DNA of 64,000 nt from Salinivirgaceae bacterium (lineage in GTDB: Bacteria; Bacteroidota; Bacteroidia; Bacteroidales; SZUA-534): the NCBI GenBank assembly GCA_016342715.1, contig JAEINW010000001.1, positions 5,984 through 69,983 on the forward strand, read 5' to 3'. The position numbers were made by a program, and so were the translations under genes. Each line of letters starts with the position of its first letter. Positions within the stretch are counted from its first letter, which is position 1. Below, piece after piece: positions 20,618 through 28,776 of this stretch. A model generated the notes under the pieces. It worked only from the letters and a program-made list of their open reading frames with translations, did not search any database and had not been told where the DNA came from.

Positions 20618-21775
20618 ATGAAAAGCAAATTAGAATACATATTAAAGCACAACCTCTTAATACAACAGATTTATAAAATAACCCTAAGTCTGTTTTTTAG
20701 ATTTGTTGGTTTGTTTATAAGAACAGATGAAAAACTTATTCTTTTAAATTCTTTTGGTGGACGAAAGTATAATGATAGCCCTAAAGTTATTTTTGAATAT
20801 ATGTCAAACCATGTTTTGTATAAAGACTTGACTTATGTATGGGCTTTTGAGAGTCCGCAAGATTTTGATATTCTAAATGCAAAAAAGATTAAAATCGATT
20901 CATGGACATACTTTATAACTGCTTTGAAAGCTAAATATTGGATATCGTCAGTAAACATTGAAAGAGGTTTAAAATTTAAAAAGAAAAATACAATTTATCT
21001 TAACACATGGCATGGTGCTGGAACAAAAAAAATAGGGAACGCTGTTGCTGGACGAAAAGATTTTGATTTTTCGAATGTTAATATAATGCTTGTTCAAAGC
21101 GTATATGAAAAGAAAATTTTTAGAAAAGATTTTCTAGTTCAGAATAATGATTTTTTACTTAGTGGATTTCCTAGAAGTGATGAACTATTTTACACAGATA
21201 AGGATCAGATAGAGCAATATAAAAAGGAACTAAATATTCCATCAAACAAAAAAATATTACTTTATGCACCTACATGGAGAGATAGTATAAATGGTGGGCA
21301 AAGTTATGATATAAAACCTCCAATAAATATAAATAAGTGGCAAAACCAATTAGGTGATGAGTATATTGTATTATTTAGAACGCATGCATTTACTACTAAG
21401 GTACTAAATATGAAGTTCAATGATTTTGTTCGTGATGCATCCTCTTACGAAAATCTTAATCATCTACTAAAAATAGCTGATATTGTTATAACTGATTATT
21501 CCACCTTAGTTTTTGATTATTCTATTCTTGAAAAGCCATTTTTATGTTTTGGTTATGATTATTGTAGATATAAGGAGGAAAGAGGATTTTACCTTGATAT
21601 CGAGAAAGAATATCCTTCAGGTGTGTTGAAAACAGAGGATGAAGTCTTAAAGTATATTATGGAGATGGATTATGAACACGAAGTTGAAAAGGTGCGTAAA
21701 TTTAAAATGAAATTTATTGAAGCAGGAGGAAAAGCAACGGAGTTATCAGTAAAAAGAATGTTTAATATCAGTTAG
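20618..21775 (+). CDS. TagF/TagB-family CDP-alcohol phosphotransferase (CDP-glycerol glycerophosphotransferase family)
   Basis: NTWHGAGTKKIG and LLYAPTWRDS family motifs, 385 aa. Confidence 0.7.
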   Translation: MKSKLEYILKHNLLIQQIYKITLSLFFRFVGLFIRTDEKLILLNSFGGRKYNDSPKVIFEYMSNHVLYKDLTYVWAFESPQDFDILNAKKIKIDSWTYFITALKAKYWISSVNIERGLKFKKKNTIYLNTWHGAGTKKIGNAVAGRKDFDFSNVNIMLVQSVYEKKIFRKDFLVQNNDFLLSGFPRSDELFYTDKDQIEQYKKELNIPSNKKILLYAPTWRDSINGGQSYDIKPPININKWQNQLGDEYIVLFRTHAFTTKVLNMKFNDFVRDASSYENLNHLLKIADIVITDYSTLVFDYSILEKPFLCFGYDYCRYKEERGFYLDIEKEYPSGVLKTEDEVLKYIMEMDYEHEVEKVRKFKMKFIEAGGKATELSVKRMFNIS

Positions 21776-21784
21776 ATCCTAAAT

Positions 21785-22897
21785 ATGAATATATTAATCA
21801 ATTCCGGCAGGATACCTCCATTTTTAACAACGCGTAGAAAACTAATTTTAGATTTAATACATAAAGGTCATAAAGTTATTTTGACTGGTTATCAAGAGGG
21901 ATTTGAAGAAGAAGTTGAAAAAATTGGAGCATCTCTTATTGTGGTTCCATTTGACAGAGCTGGCTTTAACCCAATTAAAGATATGGTTCAAGTCTATCGA
22001 TATTACAAAATAATCAAAAAATATAACATAGACATAGTACATAGTTATACTATTAAACCTAATGTGTTTGGAAGTATTGCAGCTAAATTAAGTGGAGTTA
22101 AAGAAGTCTATCCAACTTTAAATGGGGTAGGATATGCGTTTTCAGGACAAGGGTTAAAAGCAAAAGTAGTTCGGTTGTTTGCCTCAATACTGTATTTTAT
22201 CGCCTTTAAATGCAGTATAAAAATTTTTTTTCATAATTCTGATGACATTAATCTAATGGTAAATTCGCATTTAGTAAAAAGAAATAAATGTGTTTTAACA
22301 TTGGGTTCAGGTATTGATATGGAATACTATAAGGAACAAGAAATGCCAAATTCTATCTCGTTTTTATTAATATCTAGGTTGTTAAGAGCTAAAGGAATTA
22401 TGGAATACTTGAAAGCTGCCAAATTTGTAAAAGAAAAGTACCCAGATGTTGAATTTAATTTAGTAGGTCCAATTGATCCTAATCCTACTGGAATTAAGCT
22501 GTCAGATATTCAGGATTATCTGGATAATGATATAATAAAATATCATGGTCCTCAAGATGATGTTCGTCCGTTTATTAAAGGCTCTTCAGTTTTAGTATTG
22601 CCTTCATATAGGGAGGGATTACCTCATACTATATTAGAGGCAATGTCTATAGGTAGAGCAATTTTGACTACGAGTGCACCCGGGTGCAAAGAAACTGTAG
22701 AGGATGGAGTTAATGGCTTTCTAGTAAAGCTATATAGTAGTTCTGATCTAAAAGAAAAAATAATAGAGATGATTGAGAATCCAGAAAAAGTTATTGAAAT
22801 GGGAAAACAATCAGTTTTACTTGCTAAAGATCGATTTGAGGTTAGTATAGTAAATAATATAATATTAAGTACTATGGGACTTAATATATCAAATTAA
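21785..22897 (+). CDS. Glycosyltransferase family 4
   Basis: C-terminal EX7E-type block REGLPHTILEAMSIGRAILTT. Confidence 0.8.
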   Translation: MNILINSGRIPPFLTTRRKLILDLIHKGHKVILTGYQEGFEEEVEKIGASLIVVPFDRAGFNPIKDMVQVYRYYKIIKKYNIDIVHSYTIKPNVFGSIAAKLSGVKEVYPTLNGVGYAFSGQGLKAKVVRLFASILYFIAFKCSIKIFFHNSDDINLMVNSHLVKRNKCVLTLGSGIDMEYYKEQEMPNSISFLLISRLLRAKGIMEYLKAAKFVKEKYPDVEFNLVGPIDPNPTGIKLSDIQDYLDNDIIKYHGPQDDVRPFIKGSSVLVLPSYREGLPHTILEAMSIGRAILTTSAPGCKETVEDGVNGFLVKLYSSSDLKEKIIEMIENPEKVIEMGKQSVLLAKDRFEVSIVNNIILSTMGLNISN

Positions 22898-22900
22898 TAA

Positions 22901-23878
22901 ATGATGAATTATAAAGACTTAAATTTTGATAAGGAATCATGTTTTCTAGTTACAGGAGCAGCTGGTTTTATTGGTTCAAATTTAGTTGAGGTATTGCTAG
23001 ATATGGGATATAAGGTGAAAGCCTTAGATAATTTATCAACAGGGAAAAAAGAAAATATTGAATTGTTTATTGATAATTCAAATTTTTCATTTTTACAAGG
23101 CGATATTGTTGATTTGAGTACTTGCATTGAAGCTTGTAAAGGTGTTCATTTTGTTTTACACCAAGCAGCTTGGGGTAGTGTGCCTAGAAGTATTGAAATG
23201 CCACTTTTTTATGAGGAAGTGAATATTAGAGGCCAACTAAATATGTTGGAAGCAGCGCGCCAATGTGGTGTACAAAAATTTGTTTATGCTTCAAGTTCAT
23301 CTGTTTATGGCGATGAGCCAAATTTGCCTAAACAAGAAGGAGTTGAGGGAAATTTATTATCTCCTTATGCCCTAACAAAAAAAACAAATGAGGAATATGC
23401 TAGATTATATACAAAGCTTTATGGTTTAGATACTTATGGTTTGCGGTATTTTAATGTTTTTGGAAAAAGGCAAGACCCAGACGGTGCTTATGCTGCTGTA
23501 TTACCTAAATTTATTAAGCAACTATTAAATAATGAGCAGCCAATAATTAATGGAGATGGTAAGCAAAGCAGAGATTTTACGTATATAGATAATGTAATTG
23601 AAGCTAATTTAAAAGCTTGTTTTGCGCCTACAGAAGTTGCTGGCGAAGCTTTTAATATTGCGTTTGGTGGTAGAGAATATTTAATTGATATTTATTATCA
23701 TCTTTGTAAAGCTTTAAATACAGATATTAATCCTATTTTTGGTCCAGATAGGACCGGCGATATAAAGCATAGTAATGCTTCAATTGAGAAAGCGCAAGAA
23801 ATGTTGGGGTACAATCCACTATGGAGTTTTGAGCGGGGAATTAAGGAAGTCATAACTTGGTATAAAGATAATTTATAA
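22901..23878 (+). CDS. SDR-family UDP-HexNAc(A) 4-epimerase (WbpP/TviC-like)
   Basis: LVTGAAGFIGSNL, SPYALTKKTNE (YxxxK), 325 aa. Pairs functionally with the TviB-like dehydrogenase. Confidence 0.75.
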   Translation: MMNYKDLNFDKESCFLVTGAAGFIGSNLVEVLLDMGYKVKALDNLSTGKKENIELFIDNSNFSFLQGDIVDLSTCIEACKGVHFVLHQAAWGSVPRSIEMPLFYEEVNIRGQLNMLEAARQCGVQKFVYASSSSVYGDEPNLPKQEGVEGNLLSPYALTKKTNEEYARLYTKLYGLDTYGLRYFNVFGKRQDPDGAYAAVLPKFIKQLLNNEQPIINGDGKQSRDFTYIDNVIEANLKACFAPTEVAGEAFNIAFGGREYLIDIYYHLCKALNTDINPIFGPDRTGDIKHSNASIEKAQEMLGYNPLWSFERGIKEVITWYKDNL

Positions 23879-24975
23879 TGAATGAGCCTATAAGAATATT
23901 GCAAGTTTTAGCTGGTATGAACCGTGGTGGTTCAGAGGCTTTTATTATGAATGTTTATAGAAATATTGATAGGAGCAAGGTTCAATTTGATTTTATTCTT
24001 TATAGAAAAGAAGAGTGTGATTTTAACGAAGAAATTCGACAATTAGGAGGTAGAATATTTTGGGTTCCCAGATATACAGGAAAAAATCATTTTAAATTTA
24101 AAAATGCTTGGAATAAATTCTTTAAAGAACATTCAGAGTATAAAATTATTCACGGTCATGTTCGCAGTGCAGCTTCAATATATTTAAGTATTGCAAGAAA
24201 ATATGGGTTAAGAACGATTGCTCATAGCCATAGCACTTCTTCACGCGGAAATATTTTGGAACAATTAGGTAAAAAGATATTGCAATATCCTATCAGAAAA
24301 ATAGCAGATCATTTATTTGCTTGTTCTGAAAAGGCAGGGAAATGGTTATTTGGAAAGAATAGGAATTTTAAAGTTATTAATAATGCAATAGAGGTTGATA
24401 AATATATTTTTGAAAAGTCAGTTAGAGCTGCAAAAAGAGATGAATTGAAAATTAAGGATAAATTTGTTATCGGTCATATAGGTACATTTACTCATCCAAA
24501 AAATCACTCTTTTTTAATTGATGTATTTAAAGAGATTCACAAAAAATATAGTAATGCTGTTTTATTATTAATTGGAAAAGGAGAATTGCAATCAATAATT
24601 GAAAAAAAGGTCAATTATTTAGGATTAACTGAGAATGTTATTTTTACAGGAGTTCGGGCTGATATTCCAGAATTATTACAAGCAATGGATGTATTTGTAT
24701 TCCCTTCATTATTTGAAGGATTACCAGTAACCTTAATCGAAGCACAAGCGTCTGGTTTAAAGTGTGTTGTATCTGATTCTATAACAAAAGAAGTTGGGAT
24801 TACTGATTGTCTAGAATTTGTATCATTAAAAGATTCACCTGCTATCTGGTCTAATAAGATTATAGATAGTTTCAGTTGTTTTATTAGAAAGAATAATTAT
24901 GAAGAGGTTAAAACTAATGGTTATGACATTCAGGCAACTTCAAACTGGCTTGAATTTTTTTATATGTCTTTATAA
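23878..24975 (+). CDS. Glycosyltransferase family 1/4
   Basis: FEGLPVTLIEAQASGLKCVVSD. Confidence 0.8.
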   Translation: MNEPIRILQVLAGMNRGGSEAFIMNVYRNIDRSKVQFDFILYRKEECDFNEEIRQLGGRIFWVPRYTGKNHFKFKNAWNKFFKEHSEYKIIHGHVRSAASIYLSIARKYGLRTIAHSHSTSSRGNILEQLGKKILQYPIRKIADHLFACSEKAGKWLFGKNRNFKVINNAIEVDKYIFEKSVRAAKRDELKIKDKFVIGHIGTFTHPKNHSFLIDVFKEIHKKYSNAVLLLIGKGELQSIIEKKVNYLGLTENVIFTGVRADIPELLQAMDVFVFPSLFEGLPVTLIEAQASGLKCVVSDSITKEVGITDCLEFVSLKDSPAIWSNKIIDSFSCFIRKNNYEEVKTNGYDIQATSNWLEFFYMSL

Positions 24976-25011
24976 CAATTTTTTTTATTATAAGCCTTAA
25001 AATGTGAAAAA

Positions 25012-26271
25012 ATGGTGATTGTTGGTATAATAGGTTGCTTATTAGTGTTATTGTTTGTTCATACTGTATTAAAAGATTTTAAATCCCCTCCATTTATACT
25101 TGGTGCATTATGGCTGTTTGCCTATGTCTCTTTATATATATTTAAAGGTGGTATTGCCAATTTTAACAGTATCTATTATCTTTCATTTTTGATTGGACTA
25201 TGCTTTTTTGTTTTTGGTTTTTTTTTAAAAGTTGGAAATCGAAATAGGATTAATAGTAACATTATATTTGAAAGAAAAAGTTATATACGATTTAAGCTGC
25301 CATATATACAGATTTTTTTATTGATAGCTTTTATTTTATTTCTTATTTATATAATAAAAGCAGCTCTTTTTGTATCTAAAGAATTTGATTTTAATTTTTG
25401 GCGTACTCTTAGTCGAGGTCGAAAAACTGGAGATTTAAATATCCCTCTAGTGGTAGAATATTCTAGAAGTGCAATTATTGCACTTTCTACTGTTTGTGGT
25501 ATAATATATTTTAGTAATTCTTCGAAATTAAACAGGCGTCATTTTATATTTTCTTCAATAATAGCTTTGTTTTATGTTGTGACTGCTGGGAATAGAGGAG
25601 CAATTTTTCTTTGGGTATTGTCATTAACATTTAGTTATTTAATTATTAAAAATTTTGATAATAGAAAGCTATTTTCCATACTTTGGAAAATGGCTCTAAT
25701 TATTATAGGAATTTTTGTAGTTACTAATTTTGCAAAGTATGTTTATACAGATCAAAGCGATCCACTTAAATTTTCAATAAATCTTATTGGACATTATTTT
25801 TCATCCTCAACTGTTGCTTTTGTTGAATGGATGAAATTACCCAGAGACTATCTATTTGGGGCAAATACATTTCGTTTTTTTTTAGCAATTCTTGATGCAA
25901 TTGGTATGGATGTCAAGGTACCTGAATTAATCCAAGAAGAAATACATTTTTATGGTGATAAAACAAATATTTATACAGTATTGCATTATTATACCAAAGA
26001 TTTTGGGTTGTTATATGCATTTGTAATGCAATTATTAATGGGGATGTTCTATGGTGTTTTATATACTCATTCAACTTTATCAAAGAAGCTAAATATTTTT
26101 TATATTGCTTTATTATCTATTTTATATTTTCCTTTAATTAATCAATTTTTTGATGATAAGTACTTTTCTATATTATCATCGTGGATACAATTGTTTTTTT
26201 GGATATGGTTGTTTACAAGAAAGTTATTTTTAACAGGTGATGAAATCGTAGTAGATGATGAAATAACTTAA
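25012..26271 (+). CDS. Polytopic membrane protein, putative repeat-unit polymerase (Wzy)
   Basis: About 10 or more hydrophobic segments and no soluble domain. Its position between glycosyltransferases and Wzx fits a polymerase. Confidence 0.55.
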   Translation: MVIVGIIGCLLVLLFVHTVLKDFKSPPFILGALWLFAYVSLYIFKGGIANFNSIYYLSFLIGLCFFVFGFFLKVGNRNRINSNIIFERKSYIRFKLPYIQIFLLIAFILFLIYIIKAALFVSKEFDFNFWRTLSRGRKTGDLNIPLVVEYSRSAIIALSTVCGIIYFSNSSKLNRRHFIFSSIIALFYVVTAGNRGAIFLWVLSLTFSYLIIKNFDNRKLFSILWKMALIIIGIFVVTNFAKYVYTDQSDPLKFSINLIGHYFSSSTVAFVEWMKLPRDYLFGANTFRFFLAILDAIGMDVKVPELIQEEIHFYGDKTNIYTVLHYYTKDFGLLYAFVMQLLMGMFYGVLYTHSTLSKKLNIFYIALLSILYFPLINQFFDDKYFSILSSWIQLFFWIWLFTRKLFLTGDEIVVDDEIT

Positions 26272-26280
26272 TTTATACTA

Positions 26281-26340
26281 ATGAAACACTCACGAGAAAG
26301 ATTCTCACATTAGGACATGAAAATAATTTGAGTGTTTCAT
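26281..26340 (+). other. Intergenic stem-loop (12-bp perfect inverted repeat, 36-nt loop)
   Basis: ATGAAACACTCA (26281-26292) pairs with TGAGTGTTTCAT (26329-26340). Confidence 0.45.
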
Positions 26341-26367
26341 GATATATACAAGATGTAAGTTCTTTTA

Positions 26368-26375
26368 TAAATTTG
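26368..26375 (+). promoter_or_regulatory. Candidate internal -7 box (TAnnTTTG)
   Basis: TAAATTTG, 41 nt upstream of the GTG start at 26416. Confidence 0.35.
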
Positions 26376-26415
26376 CATTTAATAAAAAAAAGAATTTTAA
26401 ATAAATTATATACAC

Positions 26416-27321
26416 GTGAAAACAGTTCAAGTATTACTATCATCATATAATGGTGAAAAATATATTCTTCAACAATTAGGTAGTATTTTTAAGCAGAAAG
26501 GCGTGGATGTTTTTTGTTTGGTAAGGGATGATGGTTCAAAGGATAATACTCTTAATATATTATTAGATTGTAAAAAGGTCTATAAAAATTTGGAGGTTAT
26601 AGTAGGAGAGAATATCGGTTATGGAGCTAGTTTTTTGGAACTAATTAAGCTTTCTGGTGATTTTGATTTTTATTCATTCTCAGACCAAGATGATGTATGG
26701 GAGCCCTTAAAGCTAATAGCAGCAGTTGAACACATAAAAAAAATGGAGAATGTTCCTACTATGTATTTTTCTAATTTAACAATTGTTGATAATGAATTAA
26801 ATAAAATTGGAGTCTTACATAATATCGGCAATCCTATTCCAGATGATAAGTTAACAGCATTAGTTCAAGGATTTACTCATGGATGTACTATGGTTTTTAA
26901 TAAAAATTCCCGAAATTTAGTTAATAGCTATAAGCCACTTCAGAGTTATGCTCATGACTTTTGGATTCCTCTAATTCACTTTTTTGTTGGAAAAATTATA
27001 TACGATAAAAATTCATTTATAAATTATCGTCAACATGATAATAATGTATTTGGACAAAAACGCTCTCTATTAAGATTATTGATGCTTAAATTAACTTTTT
27101 TCTCTGAAAAGAAAAATTATTATTCATTGTTGGCTAAAGATTTGATTCTGGGATTTAAAAATATTTTAAATACAGAAGATTATCAAAACCTTAAGGATAT
27201 ATCCGAATATAGTAACACTTTTAGTGGCAAGCTAAAGCTATTGTTTAATAGGAAAATTAAAAGAAATACTTTTAAGGGAACAATTATTTTAAAGTTCTTA
27301 ATATTATTTTCAAAATTTTAG
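26416..27321 (+). CDS. Glycosyltransferase family 2
   Basis: VLLSSYNGEKYI, VRDDGSKDNT, FSDQDDVW (DxD). GTG start. Confidence 0.8.
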   Translation: MKTVQVLLSSYNGEKYILQQLGSIFKQKGVDVFCLVRDDGSKDNTLNILLDCKKVYKNLEVIVGENIGYGASFLELIKLSGDFDFYSFSDQDDVWEPLKLIAAVEHIKKMENVPTMYFSNLTIVDNELNKIGVLHNIGNPIPDDKLTALVQGFTHGCTMVFNKNSRNLVNSYKPLQSYAHDFWIPLIHFFVGKIIYDKNSFINYRQHDNNVFGQKRSLLRLLMLKLTFFSEKKNYYSLLAKDLILGFKNILNTEDYQNLKDISEYSNTFSGKLKLLFNRKIKRNTFKGTIILKFLILFSKF

Positions 27322-27338
27322 GATTACGTAAATTATTT

Positions 27339-28760
27339 ATGGTGGCAGACAAGCTTTTTCAAGTATTAAAAAATCTTTCATATACAATAATATCAAATCT
27401 GGTATCATTACTAGTTTCAGTGTTTGTGATTCTTATTATTCCTAAATTAATTGGAGTTGTAGAATATGGTTATTGGCAATTATATTTATTTTATACCCTG
27501 TATGTTGGTTTTCTTCATTTTGGTTGGAATGATGGCATTTATTTAAGGTATGGAGGTGCCGATTATAATTCTTTAGACAAACGGTTGTTTTTTTCGCAGT
27601 TTCATATGTTGGTTATATTGCAAATTTTTGTTGCAATTGTTACAGCCATAATTACATATTTTTATGTTGAGGATGGTAATCGAACCTTTATCTTTTACAT
27701 GGTCTCTTTATGTTTGGTTATTACAAACATAAGATGGATGCTAATATTTGTACTTCAGGCTACAAATAGAATAAAGGAGTATGCATTTATTACTTTAATA
27801 GGTAGGATATTGTATATAAGTATAATTTCAGTTTTATTAATAAGTGGTTTTAGGAATTATAAATTAATGATTTGGGCAGATGTTATCGGAAAAGCTATCT
27901 CATTATTATATGCAATATATTGCTGCAAGGACATTGTATTTAGGAAAATCTCCTCATTCTATTTTAGTTTTAATGAAACCATTCAAAATATTTCTGCGGG
28001 TGTTAAATTAATGTTTGCAACAATAGCAAGTATGTTAGTAATTGGAGTTGTAAGATTGGGAATTGAACGGACTTGGGATGTAAGTACCTTTGGTAAGGTG
28101 TCATTAACATTAAGTATCTCAAACATGATGATGATATTTATTAATGCTGTTGGTATAGTTATTTTCCCTTTATTAAGGCGTGCTAATCAAGATAGATTAC
28201 CAAACATTTATACATCTATAAGAGATTTATTAATGGTTATGCTACTTGGGATACTTATAATTTATTTTCCATTAAAAGAAGTGCTTGCTTCCTGGTTACC
28301 TAAATATGCCGAAAGTTTACGGTATATGGCTTTACTTTTTCCCATTTGTATATATGAGGGTAAAATGGCTCTTTTAATAAATACCTATTTAAAGACTTTA
28401 CGCAAGGAGCAATTAATGCTAAAGATCAATATTGCTACTCTAATTTTGAGTACCGTAATAACTTTTGTATTTACAGTTGTGCTCAATAATCTTAATCTGG
28501 TTATAGTTTCTATTGTATTTCTTCTGGCTTTTAGAGCAGTGTTAGCAGAATATTTTCTTTCTAAAATATTAAAAGTACACCTTGGTAAGGATATTATTTT
28601 AGAACTTATATTGACTCTTGTTTTTATTGCATCCGGTTGGTATATTGATTCATGGTTAACTGTCATTGTTTATGGTGTATTCTATTTACTATATATACTT
28701 GTTAAGTATAAAGTTATAATTCAAGCAATAAATGATTTAAAAAAAATAGCAAAGGAGTAA
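27339..28760 (+). CDS. Wzx-type (MOP superfamily) oligosaccharide flippase
   Basis: 473 aa, about 12-14 hydrophobic segments, typical flippase layout. Confidence 0.7.
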   Translation: MVADKLFQVLKNLSYTIISNLVSLLVSVFVILIIPKLIGVVEYGYWQLYLFYTLYVGFLHFGWNDGIYLRYGGADYNSLDKRLFFSQFHMLVILQIFVAIVTAIITYFYVEDGNRTFIFYMVSLCLVITNIRWMLIFVLQATNRIKEYAFITLIGRILYISIISVLLISGFRNYKLMIWADVIGKAISLLYAIYCCKDIVFRKISSFYFSFNETIQNISAGVKLMFATIASMLVIGVVRLGIERTWDVSTFGKVSLTLSISNMMMIFINAVGIVIFPLLRRANQDRLPNIYTSIRDLLMVMLLGILIIYFPLKEVLASWLPKYAESLRYMALLFPICIYEGKMALLINTYLKTLRKEQLMLKINIATLILSTVITFVFTVVLNNLNLVIVSIVFLLAFRAVLAEYFLSKILKVHLGKDIILELILTLVFIASGWYIDSWLTVIVYGVFYLLYILVKYKVIIQAINDLKKIAKE

Positions 28761-28776
28761 CTAAATAATATCATAA

